Below are positions 45,352-53,985 of a DNA stretch of 57,337 bases, piece by piece. This stretch comes from Candidatus Woesearchaeota archaeon (GTDB lineage: Archaea; Nanobdellota; Nanobdellia; Woesearchaeales; UBA10216), in assembly GCA_016188155.1 (NCBI GenBank), contig JACPIH010000011.1:1-57337 (forward strand), read 5' to 3'. The notes beneath the pieces were generated by a model. That model was not told where the DNA came from, did not search any database, and worked only from the letters and a program-made list of their open reading frames with translations. Both the position numbers and the translations under genes were made by a program. Positions within the stretch are counted from its first letter, which is position 1; every line of letters begins with the position of its first letter.

Positions 45352-45687
45352 TTACTTTGCGCTTAAGTTGAGTAGTTTGGTTAGGGCAGCGTCGAGGGCT
45401 TGTAAGAAGTGATCTTCGATTTCTCCTATTTTGCGCCTTATTCTCTTTTTGTCAATTGCCCTAAGCTGAAAGGTTAGTGCTACTGAGACTGCTGAGAGTC
45501 CGTTTTTCTTCGAAGGTTTAATCTCTATTGTGCTTAGGAACCTGAGTGCTTGAAGATTGGAAGTCAAAGGTACAGCGATTGCCACGTTCGCTTCAGTGTC
45601 TGCCAGAACTATCACGGGCCTTGTCCCTGTTTGTTCGTGGCCGTTTGTAGTTGGCAGTTCTACGAGCCAGACTTCTCCCTTTTTCAT
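45352..45687 (-). CDS. mazF: MazF/PemK-family mRNA interferase toxin
   Basis: KGEVWLVEL..GHEQTGTRPVIVL, VPLTS, NGL..S and QLRAIDKKRI..KIG motifs. Confidence 0.92.
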   Translation of the reverse strand: MKKGEVWLVELPTTNGHEQTGTRPVIVLADTEANVAIAVPLTSNLQALRFLSTIEIKPSKKNGLSAVSVALTFQLRAIDKKRIRRKIGEIEDHFLQALDAALTKLLNLSAK

Positions 45688-45887
45688 AGCGATTTTTCAA
45701 AGTTTATTAGGGCCTCGTCGCTTAAGAAGTCCCATTCCTTCATTTCTTTTTTAAGTTCAGCATATCTGCTTAGATTGTCCAGGTACAGCAGTATTGCTCT
45801 GTCTATCAAGGATTCCTTTTTCACGCCTAACAGGTCTGAAATCTTAACCAGCTTATCAGACAATCCTCTTGGTATTTCCACTTGCAT
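45684..45887 (-). CDS. Antitoxin partner of MazF (RHH-like)
   Basis: 67 aa, ATGA overlap with mazF, acidic tail EWDFLSDEAL, and a TATA-like motif at about 45908-45924. Confidence 0.8.
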   Translation of the reverse strand: MQVEIPRGLSDKLVKISDLLGVKKESLIDRAILLYLDNLSRYAELKKEMKEWDFLSDEALINFEKSL

Positions 45888-45945
45888 GCGTTAGTGTTAA
45901 ATGTCTGTTATATTTATAATTTGCTAATGGCACCAGCATATTCCA

Positions 45946-46080
45946 TTTTCACCCCTTCTTAATAACGACAAAATAGAAAGGTTTTTAAATGGCGGAATCG
46001 CCAGCAGAGCGTAAAATGGGCTTTGGCTTGTCTTTGAAACCTTTGTACGTTGGTTTAGCAGGGTTAGCCCTTGCTGCTTC
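45946..46080 (+). repeat. 135-bp direct repeat, copy 2
   Basis: Matches 45169-45303. Contains BRE/TATA GAAAGGTTTTTAAAT. Confidence 0.92.
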
Positions 46081-47413
46081 CATGGCTTGCGGCACCGGGG
46101 CAACGCCAACACCCCTGCCAACAAGCACGCCGAGGGCAACACCGACGCTTGAGGCGATAGCTACAGCAACTCCAACTAGGAGGCCTGAGCCGAGCCCGAC
46201 TCCGACCTACTTTAATACAGCCACGCCTACTCCTGTTGCTGTGGCTACTCCTACGGCTACTGCTGCTCTGCCTACGTCCACTCCCTTTGCAACTTTTACG
46301 CCTGTGCCTCCGAAGCCCGAATGCCTGGGTTGCGAGGAAGCGTTCTCGATAATCTGGAATTTCGGCAGGCCTGTTGCTGAAGCAATCAGCCAGCAGCCCT
46401 GGTTCAAGGACGGCGTGAATGCTGAGGACGCTGTATTCATTAATTCCCTGAGGAATAAGTTTGGAGTGCCTGAGATTTATGACATAGTAGCTGCTCCGCA
46501 AAGCCACTTTGTGCACGGAAGCATTGATACGCTTCTTGGAAAGAGGAATATAGCTGTTTTGTACGTTCCTGAACAGTACATAGAAGGGCGAGGGCTGGTT
46601 TTAACAGACAAGAGAACTGCTGAAAACGTTCTTAGCTTTTACATGGCCGATAACCCCCTTCTTGAGAGTTATTTTGAAGCTTCTCCCTTTGCAAATTTTA
46701 ACCCTCCTGACTCTCCTTCCAACATGTATACTATTTTCATAAATATAAAGAACCGGGCAAATGGTCCTGGCAACATAAACACGCTATCAAATAAAAGTAT
46801 CTTTACACATGCGCACGAAGACGTTCACCGCTACGATCTTGGCGTTTCCTGGCTGAATGAGGGCTCTGCTACTTTCGTTGGCTTAAAAAATGTGGAAAAG
46901 CTAGCTGCTGAGAATCCTGACTGGTTCAGGGAGTTTAACGAAGTCCCTGGCGTTAGACAGTTAACTGTAAATGCCGTAAATGATTATTACGGTCAAGACA
47001 GTTTGCAAGTCAAACTACATAGCGCTGAACGATACATAAAGGGGCAAGGGTTAGTTCCTGTGCCGTGGCCAAACAACATTCCTCCTCCTGAGAGCGTACC
47101 TTTATATGAAATACCTATGGAAGAGATGCTTGATTATAAGGTTGGCGAAAACTCGCAAGGTCAGGTTGGCTTTGTATTCTTGGCGGATTTGGAACGCCTT
47201 TTAGGAGAAGATGCCATGAGAGAAGGTTACAGGGAACTTATCAGAGCAACTGATAAAAGGGGAAAACAGGGGCTTGTCACTGGTACACTGCCTACCAAGG
47301 ATGCTTATGGCATCTTCAGGCACTATGCGCCTGCTGACAAGCTGCAGCCGTTTGACGAGCTCTGGAAGACAAGAGTCTTTGGAGCTGAAAGATTTGTACA
47401 GATACAAAAATAA
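46016..47413 (+). CDS. Putative lipoprotein with Pro/Thr-rich linker and gluzincin-like Zn-metallopeptidase domain
   Basis: Hydrophobic leader ending in SMAC, TPTP-rich linker, and HEDVH followed by WLNEGSATF. ATG 46016 is preferred because ATG 45989 abuts the TATA box. Confidence 0.72.
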   Translation: MGFGLSLKPLYVGLAGLALAASMACGTGATPTPLPTSTPRATPTLEAIATATPTRRPEPSPTPTYFNTATPTPVAVATPTATAALPTSTPFATFTPVPPKPECLGCEEAFSIIWNFGRPVAEAISQQPWFKDGVNAEDAVFINSLRNKFGVPEIYDIVAAPQSHFVHGSIDTLLGKRNIAVLYVPEQYIEGRGLVLTDKRTAENVLSFYMADNPLLESYFEASPFANFNPPDSPSNMYTIFINIKNRANGPGNINTLSNKSIFTHAHEDVHRYDLGVSWLNEGSATFVGLKNVEKLAAENPDWFREFNEVPGVRQLTVNAVNDYYGQDSLQVKLHSAERYIKGQGLVPVPWPNNIPPPESVPLYEIPMEEMLDYKVGENSQGQVGFVFLADLERLLGEDAMREGYRELIRATDKRGKQGLVTGTLPTKDAYGIFRHYAPADKLQPFDELWKTRVFGAERFVQIQK

Positions 47414-47420
47414 AATAAAG

Positions 47421-47579
47421 CAATAACTTTATAAATAAAAAATTTTATTTCTTTTGGTTATGCCTTACCTTAATGATTTGATTAAGGCGCAGCTAAAAGG
47501 AGGTTATACGAAACAACAGATTAAGCAGTTTCTTGCCAGAAAAGGCTATCCTCCAACAGCTGTTGCTCAAGTTGATAAA
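47421..47579 (+). repeat. 159-bp direct repeat, copy 1 (promoter + first ~40 codons); copy 2 at 48320-48478
   Basis: Three mismatches between the copies. Includes TTTATAAATA and the coding sequence for MPYLND..KAQLKGGYTKQQIKQFLARKGY..TAVAQVDK. Confidence 0.92.
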
Positions 47580-48221
47580 GTAATATTATCCGATTTGCTT
47601 GGCAATAAAATTCCTAAAAAGTTCTCTTCTAAACCATTCATTTGGGCTATTTTGCTCATCGGAGCCGTATTTGTGGCATATTTAGCGGTGCCTTTCTTCT
47701 CAAAACAGCTTACTGAGAATATCATTAAAGAGCAGGAATCTGATAAAGAAATAACCGCCAGATTTAATAGTGATTTTTGTAATAGTTTGATACCTGAGAA
47801 TATTAGTACCGTGCAGGTTAACGAATATGTTTCCACTTACCATATTAATGGCTCTAAAGGAAAAAATGTAAGGTGGGTTGCATCTGAGCGACCTCCAGCA
47901 GAATTCTCTTTATTTGAAGGTCCGCAAGTTTTCTTTGTTTACTCTGGTAATGAATTTGAAGGGTGTGGATATAGGCAAGAAATAGAAAATAAGGAAATCA
48001 TAAATGAATTAAAAGATGAATTAGGTTTGCCTGATTCATGTAAAGGTAAACAGATGCACAGAAGTCAGGTTCCTTATGAATTTTATAATAGAATAAATCT
48101 ATATTTAGTAGAATCAGAAGAAAAAATAATAAGATCAACTATATTTGCAATACCTAAATTCTTTTTACCTTCGTTTTTACGTGCCACAATCTGTTCATCA
48201 GGTTCCATCCCACACCCTTAA
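47460..48221 (+). CDS. Hypothetical single-TM protein in an AT-rich island
   Basis: Short helical N-terminal domain, TM segment FIWAILLIGAVFVAYLAVPF, then a C-terminal domain. Confidence 0.65.
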   Translation: MPYLNDLIKAQLKGGYTKQQIKQFLARKGYPPTAVAQVDKVILSDLLGNKIPKKFSSKPFIWAILLIGAVFVAYLAVPFFSKQLTENIIKEQESDKEITARFNSDFCNSLIPENISTVQVNEYVSTYHINGSKGKNVRWVASERPPAEFSLFEGPQVFFVYSGNEFEGCGYRQEIENKEIINELKDELGLPDSCKGKQMHRSQVPYEFYNRINLYLVESEEKIIRSTIFAIPKFFLPSFLRATICSSGSIPHP

Positions 48222-48319
48222 CTATGCCTAAAGCTTTAGCTGGTTGTGTGTTCATTGATCCATTCGGTTACATATACCCATTTCCACTAAACAATAAAGA
48301 AACGGTCATACTAAAAAAT

Positions 48320-48478
48320 CAATAACTTTATAAATAGAAAATTTTATTTCTTTTGGTTATGCCTTACCTTAATGATTGGATTAAGGCGCAGCTAAAAGGA
48401 GGTTATACGAAACAACAGATTAAGCAGTTTCTTGCCAGAAAAGGCTATACTCCAACAGCTGTTGCTCAAGTTGATAAA
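48320..48478 (+). repeat. 159-bp direct repeat, copy 2
   Basis: Matches 47421-47579. Confidence 0.92.
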
Positions 48479-48625
48479 ATAAAACCTTATATATTATCAA
48501 ACAAAAAAATACCTAAAAATTTTTCTAAAATATTTTCAATAGGCAGGCTAGTGCAATTTATTCTAATAATAGGATTAGTAACATTATATCGGTATCGGAA
48601 ACTAAATCAGTTGACTGTAGAATAG
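48359..48625 (+). CDS. Truncated paralog of 47460-48221
   Basis: Shares nearly the same N-terminal ~40 aa, then a TM segment and an early stop. Confidence 0.55.
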   Translation: MPYLNDWIKAQLKGGYTKQQIKQFLARKGYTPTAVAQVDKIKPYILSNKKIPKNFSKIFSIGRLVQFILIIGLVTLYRYRKLNQLTVE

Positions 48626-48726
48626 CAACAATCTACAGTTGTTTTTGCTAGTGAAATTCCATTGGAAGTGAAACATATGGTTGGAAAAGTTGTTCTAAAA
48701 CATTTAAAGATACGGGTGTATAATCA

Positions 48727-51612
48727 ATGAAGAGAATAATAATATCCTTAATAGCTTTTTCAATAGTTTTACTGACTATAATTTCGTTAACAATTTCGTC
48801 AACAGAAGCAGGACCGTTTTCCTGTGAAACAACTGGTTGTAGTATGTCCCAAGTTTGTACGGTTAATGAGGGTTGTTCCTCCTCCTCCCCTTCTCTGAGA
48901 TGTGATGGTTGGAAAATGACATGTATCTCTACTAATTACAATGGTGACACTGGTACATGTAAAATCGCGTATAAATCTGCTAATGGGGACTGCTGCTCAG
49001 GTGCAGATTGCTCAGATTACGCTACTTGCGAGTCATGCACATATCAATGGGGTTGCTGGTGCGAAAGTGATTGTGGTGGGGTTTCTGCAAGCTGCGATGG
49101 CTATCTTCCCGGAAAGCAGTATTGCAACGCCGCCAATCAGCGTCAAGAATGCGATTCTAGCTGCGTATTGCAGAATCTGGCGTGTGAATCTGACTGCGGA
49201 GCATCCGCCTCATGCGATAGTGCTGGTGTGAGTCCTAGCTCATACACTACCCTTTGCGCCAGTGGCAATACGAAAACGCTAGACTATTGCGATAGCACCT
49301 GCCAGTACGGCGATAGTACGAGGTGCAACACTGGATATTGCGGTGCTCCTCCTGAGTGCAACAATTTAGAAGCAGGCAGTAGTAGCTGCACCACAGCAGG
49401 CGGGATTGCCGGAACTTGCAGTAACTCTTGCGTATGTAATCCTGTTTGTGTTAATAATGTAGATGGGGACAGTTATTTCACAGAAGGTGCCGAATGCGGC
49501 GCTGTTGACTGCGACGACGGCAACGCCAACATTTATCCCGGCTCTTGCCACGCTGATGCTATTACGTGGCCTTCGACTTGTGCTACTTCAACTACCGGCG
49601 GCTGCGGCTCTGGCACGTGCACTCGCGTTACAGATGGCGTTGTTTGCGGCACGCAGGACTGTGACCCGAATGATACAACGTGCAGGAATTACGATGACGT
49701 TAGCATTGCATGCAGTGGAGGGAGCTGTCCTGGTTCTGCACCATGCAACTCATACACTAACGCTCCGGTTACAACTGCGTGTGGTTCGGCAACGCTATTT
49801 TGTTCTCTAGGAGATAACCCGTATTGTTCTGGTGGTAATATCTGGGCTGATACAGACTACGATCCGTCGTGCACTCGCTATTGCGACGGCGGTGGAAGCT
49901 GCGAACCTTCTTGCGATCCTGGTTCCTGCGATACTGCCCTGTGGATTCCCTGTTATGACTCCTGCTCTGGCGAGGCAAGCCCGAGCCATTTGGTGCAGGA
50001 CAGCGCTGTTAGTGATTATGAGCCTTGCAGTAGTCCTGCTACCAGTTGCCCGTCGCCTGCTGTTTCCAGCGACTCCTGTGGCGCAGGTAATGTGCTGACT
50101 GAGTGGTATTGCTTACCCATTGATGCTAACAGCGTTAACAAAGACTGTGATGATTACGATGCCGCATGCTCAGGGACTTGTGGCTCTGGGACTGACAGTT
50201 GCATCCAGATTGAATATGGCTGTTCGCCAGGAGGCGGGCAGGCATTCTGCTCTTTCGCCTTAAACGACTTGGACACCAGTTCTGGCTTGTGCAGCGGCTG
50301 TAGTGCTCAGGGCGCTGTTTGGAGTACTGGTGGTGAGGCTGCGGCGTTTGGGGAGTATGACACAGGCACTTCAACCGAGTGCTGCGGTGATGACTCGAAT
50401 GAGAAATACCGCTCAACAGCGAAGGGAGGCAACACTTATTCTGCCTGCTGCAACTTGGCAACTGACTGCGTTGAGGTTGGTAACGCCTGTGTTCCTACTG
50501 GTACGCAGAGCGACGGGTTCATATGCACAAGTGGCCAGTGGTTTGATGGTGACCTAGAATCACCTCCGCCGCCAGCAAACTGTGATGCTGCGGTTGGTCC
50601 TGGAAACTGGGACCTTGGGGGGGAGGTTGTTGCTACTCCTTGTTGTGGTGATGATTCTGGTGAGAATGCTTGGTATAGGAAGTGCGCCTCAGGGGCTTGC
50701 GTTGATGTGCCAAGTGACAGGAAGTGCTGTGATGCGCCGACTGACTGCGTTTTTAATGGCCAGTGCTATTCTGATGTTAACAAGGCCATGTTCTTGGTGG
50801 AGTCGCCGACTTCGGATTGCAACGGCCTGAAAAATAAGGCTGCTTGTGAGAGTGGCAAGGCCAAGGAAGAGTGCATATGGCATGCTGCTTTGAACAGGTG
50901 TACTGTGAGCAAAGCAAGTGTGCAGGCTTTGGGTACTGGCAACCTTTCTGCTTACGCTGATGTTGATAATGATGGCACTGCTGAGGTCTGCGTTGCCAGC
51001 AGCCCTGGTGAGTGGCAGGAAACTGCAGGCACGGTAACTGGCACTGTCAGGAATGTAAGCACCGGTGACCAGTGTGTTGCCCAGTGCCCTGCCCCTTGTG
51101 TTTTGGGTTGTCCGGTTGGCGGAGCGGTTGTGAAGGTTCTGGGTACTGCCCTTTCGGCAACGACTGATGCTGCCGGGGCTTACACTGTTGCCAATGTTCC
51201 TTCAAGGACCCATGACTTGGTTGCTGCCAAGAGCGGTTATGAGGCCGGTACTGCTTATGGTGTTTTTGTCCCTGATGCGGCGACTGTCACGGTTGACTTT
51301 ACTTTGGTGAGGGCTTTGGGTGGCTGTGAGGACGACTGTACTGCTGTTGGCTCGAACTTGTGCGATGCTACGTGCCATGGCAAGGGCCTGTGCTGGTTCT
51401 ACAGCGACGCTACTAAGGCTGCCTGCGATGGCACTTTCGGCATTATTGAAATGCCTGGGGGCTTGATGAATGTTGACTGCTGCAAAGGCCAGCCGTACTC
51501 TCCAATCAAAGCGGATATTACTGTGCCTTCAAAGAACGTGATTGTGTCAAAGAAGCCTGTGCTTTACCACGGAAAATTCATAAACATGGTAATGGTTGTG
51601 TTTAACAGGTAA
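48727..51612 (+). CDS. Secreted Cys-rich protein with MopE-like metal-binding motif and carboxypeptidase-regulatory-like domain
   Basis: Sec-type leader and very high Cys content. Contains NNVDGDSY..DCDDGNANIYPG, CCGDDS twice, and GTVTGTV..GAVVKV..TTDAAGAYT...KSGY. Confidence 0.8.
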   Translation: MKRIIISLIAFSIVLLTIISLTISSTEAGPFSCETTGCSMSQVCTVNEGCSSSSPSLRCDGWKMTCISTNYNGDTGTCKIAYKSANGDCCSGADCSDYATCESCTYQWGCWCESDCGGVSASCDGYLPGKQYCNAANQRQECDSSCVLQNLACESDCGASASCDSAGVSPSSYTTLCASGNTKTLDYCDSTCQYGDSTRCNTGYCGAPPECNNLEAGSSSCTTAGGIAGTCSNSCVCNPVCVNNVDGDSYFTEGAECGAVDCDDGNANIYPGSCHADAITWPSTCATSTTGGCGSGTCTRVTDGVVCGTQDCDPNDTTCRNYDDVSIACSGGSCPGSAPCNSYTNAPVTTACGSATLFCSLGDNPYCSGGNIWADTDYDPSCTRYCDGGGSCEPSCDPGSCDTALWIPCYDSCSGEASPSHLVQDSAVSDYEPCSSPATSCPSPAVSSDSCGAGNVLTEWYCLPIDANSVNKDCDDYDAACSGTCGSGTDSCIQIEYGCSPGGGQAFCSFALNDLDTSSGLCSGCSAQGAVWSTGGEAAAFGEYDTGTSTECCGDDSNEKYRSTAKGGNTYSACCNLATDCVEVGNACVPTGTQSDGFICTSGQWFDGDLESPPPPANCDAAVGPGNWDLGGEVVATPCCGDDSGENAWYRKCASGACVDVPSDRKCCDAPTDCVFNGQCYSDVNKAMFLVESPTSDCNGLKNKAACESGKAKEECIWHAALNRCTVSKASVQALGTGNLSAYADVDNDGTAEVCVASSPGEWQETAGTVTGTVRNVSTGDQCVAQCPAPCVLGCPVGGAVVKVLGTALSATTDAAGAYTVANVPSRTHDLVAAKSGYEAGTAYGVFVPDAATVTVDFTLVRALGGCEDDCTAVGSNLCDATCHGKGLCWFYSDATKAACDGTFGIIEMPGGLMNVDCCKGQPYSPIKADITVPSKNVIVSKKPVLYHGKFINMVMVVFNR

Positions 51613-51627
51613 CTTGCTGAGCCGAAG

Positions 51628-52356
51628 GTGAATGCCATTAGGAATAGTGAAAATAAAAAAGGCGCAATATGGGTTTCTGCCGTAATTTACGTTCTCGTAG
51701 GCATTATTGTGCTTACTGTCGTGATTGAGGCGGGCATTCCGTTTATTAAGAGCCTGCAGGAGAGGAGCAATGTCAACAGGGCCAGGAACACCTTCTCCTC
51801 GCTTGACCAGCAGATTCAGGACGTTGCGAAAGAAGGCCAGGGCTCCCAGCGCATAATTCCGCTTGAGGTTTCAGAAGGCTCGGTAAAGGTTGAGGACGGC
51901 AAGCTGCGCTGGAAGATTGAGACTGACTCAAAGGTGCTTGAGCCCAGGACAAGGATTGAGCTTGGCAATCTCGTTATTGCCTCTGACGTTGACGTCTCTG
52001 CATCAGACTTTACCGATTATCATGTGCTCCAGAACTCGAGGATTCTTGTGAACTTTACCCGTTATGGCAGCAAGGGCAACCATACGTCCATTAACACATC
52101 TTCCCTTATTAACTACGTCGAATTCAAGGACACGGGCTCAAAAACAACCGGTACTTTCACTTTTTTCATAAACCAGAATGCCAGCTCCACCAACGGCACC
52201 GGCTACACTGAGCTGCAGCAGACAGGCTCTGGATTCGCCAGTGCGACATTGAAGGCTTACGTCAACTCAACAGTTTACGAGTACGACCTTCTTCTTACGC
52301 TGGACAGCAAGGCAGATTTCCTGAGGGCCCAGATTGAGAATTTTAAGGTGAGGTAA
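51628..52356 (+). CDS. Pilin-like protein with class III signal peptide
   Basis: KKG/AIWVSAVIYVLVGIIVLTVVI. Confidence 0.78.
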   Translation: MNAIRNSENKKGAIWVSAVIYVLVGIIVLTVVIEAGIPFIKSLQERSNVNRARNTFSSLDQQIQDVAKEGQGSQRIIPLEVSEGSVKVEDGKLRWKIETDSKVLEPRTRIELGNLVIASDVDVSASDFTDYHVLQNSRILVNFTRYGSKGNHTSINTSSLINYVEFKDTGSKTTGTFTFFINQNASSTNGTGYTELQQTGSGFASATLKAYVNSTVYEYDLLLTLDSKADFLRAQIENFKVR

Positions 52357-52440
52357 GGTGTATGCCTATTTCTGTTGCGAATGTTGCGAATATCGTGAAA
52401 ACGTTTAAATATTGTTGTGCATTCCTTTTTCCTGAACAAC

Positions 52441-53142
52441 ATGTTTTTTAAAAAGTCTGCAAGACCAAATGCTGCAGTATCATCCGCCGCCGCCAAATTG
52501 AGGCCAAAGTTTCCAGCCTTTCCAAGCTTGGGCAATGGCTTTGTTAGCTCATCTGCTCATGTTCTTCTGAGGCAGGCAATTGAGCTTCTTAGGAACCTCA
52601 GGCATGCCCTAAAGCCTAAGACGGTCTTTCTCCTTACCATTGCCCTCTTCGTTGTTATCGTTTTTGGCAGGAACATCAAGGATATCCTTCTCGTTGGGGT
52701 TCTGGCGTTCGTCGCTTCCTACTCAACAATTTACAAGCGCACAATCCACGTGCCCTCAGCTGTTGAGATGGTGACCTTTGGCACCGTGATAACCGGTGCA
52801 GCGTACGGCCCGCTCGCGGGGGTTCTGTTCGGTGTCTTTACCACGATTGCGTCCGAAATTATCAGCTCTGGTGTGGATGTTAATACGCTTTTTTATGCCA
52901 TATCGAGGGGCATTGCCGGAGGGCTTGCCCAGATGATGATTGTGGGCTTTGGATGGGGCGTTGTAATGGCAGGCATGGCTGCCCTGGTAATCTTTCACGT
53001 TGTCTCTGATTTCATCTATGTTATCTCAGGCGGCATAGAAGCCGTGCCCAAGATAATTTACTTTATCATCGTCAACACCCTTTTCAACCTGCTGGTGTTC
53101 TCGTTCTTCGGCAACCTGCTGCTCGGCTTTGCAATGCTGTGA
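52441..53142 (+). CDS. Integral membrane protein (ECF S-component-like)
   Basis: About six TM segments. EMVTFGTVITGAAYGPLAGVLFG resembles an S-component motif. ATG 52441 lies about 30 nt below GAAAACGTTTAAATA. Confidence 0.6.
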   Translation: MFFKKSARPNAAVSSAAAKLRPKFPAFPSLGNGFVSSSAHVLLRQAIELLRNLRHALKPKTVFLLTIALFVVIVFGRNIKDILLVGVLAFVASYSTIYKRTIHVPSAVEMVTFGTVITGAAYGPLAGVLFGVFTTIASEIISSGVDVNTLFYAISRGIAGGLAQMMIVGFGWGVVMAGMAALVIFHVVSDFIYVISGGIEAVPKIIYFIIVNTLFNLLVFSFFGNLLLGFAML

Positions 53143-53204
53143 AAATCGCAATCTTTATATACGAGTTATACTTTTATTAAAAAAGTGATACTGGGTGATG
53201 AAAA

Positions 53205-53432
53205 ATGGCGATCGCAACTGTAATAGCAAAGAAATGGGGCAATTCGATAGGTATCATAATCCCTAAGGAGATTGTTGAGAAAGAAGGCATAAAACTTGAT
53301 AAGCCTGTACAGATAGAGGTCAAACCCGTTAAAAGCGTGTTAGCCGAGCTTTTTGGAACCCTTAAAACAAATAAGTCCACTGAACAAATCCTGAAGGAGT
53401 TTCGCAAGGACTTTGAAAGCAAATACATGTGA
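53205..53432 (+). CDS. AbrB/MazE-family antitoxin
   Basis: AKKWGNSIGIIIPKEIV and a C-terminal LFGTLK tail. Confidence 0.9.
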   Translation: MAIATVIAKKWGNSIGIIIPKEIVEKEGIKLDKPVQIEVKPVKSVLAELFGTLKTNKSTEQILKEFRKDFESKYM

Positions 53433-53806
53433 CTCCACAGAGAATGTTTTGCCTCGACACTTATGCACTGGTAGAGATTGCCCGCGGCAATGAGAACTTC
53501 AAACCTTATTTTGAAGAGCCTTTTGTAGTTCCGGATGTCATCCTGGCAGAATTTTACGGCATCCAGCTCAGGGTTGATGGTGAGGCTACGGCAGATTACT
53601 GGTTTAACAAGCTGAAGGGTAGCTTGGCAGAAACGCCAATCGAACTCCTTATAAATGCCGTAAAATTTAGGTACCGCAACAAAGGCAAAAATCTTTCCTT
53701 CTTTGATGCCGTCGGATACGCTTTCGCGAAGAAAAACAATCTTCTCTTTGTGACCGGCGACAGCGGGTTTGAAGGCCTGCCTGGTGTCAGGTTTGTCAAG
53801 AAGTGA
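53429..53806 (+). CDS. PIN-domain (VapC-like) toxin
   Basis: LDTYALVE, LAEF, LSFFDAVGY and VTGDSGF motifs. GTGA overlap with the antitoxin. Confidence 0.9.
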   Translation: MTPQRMFCLDTYALVEIARGNENFKPYFEEPFVVPDVILAEFYGIQLRVDGEATADYWFNKLKGSLAETPIELLINAVKFRYRNKGKNLSFFDAVGYAFAKKNNLLFVTGDSGFEGLPGVRFVKK

Positions 53807-53985
53807 TTTTAAATGTTGTTGCCAAAAAAATGCCCCATTGCCAACCTAAACCTTTAAATATTCCAGTATACGAATATCAACAAATACCTTTCCGGCGAGG
53901 GAAGGTAACGGGCAAAGCGAGATTAAGCATTATAGTGTACTGGACAGCTGGGTAGTTTAGCCAGTGAAAAGTGGTGAGTTAAGGA

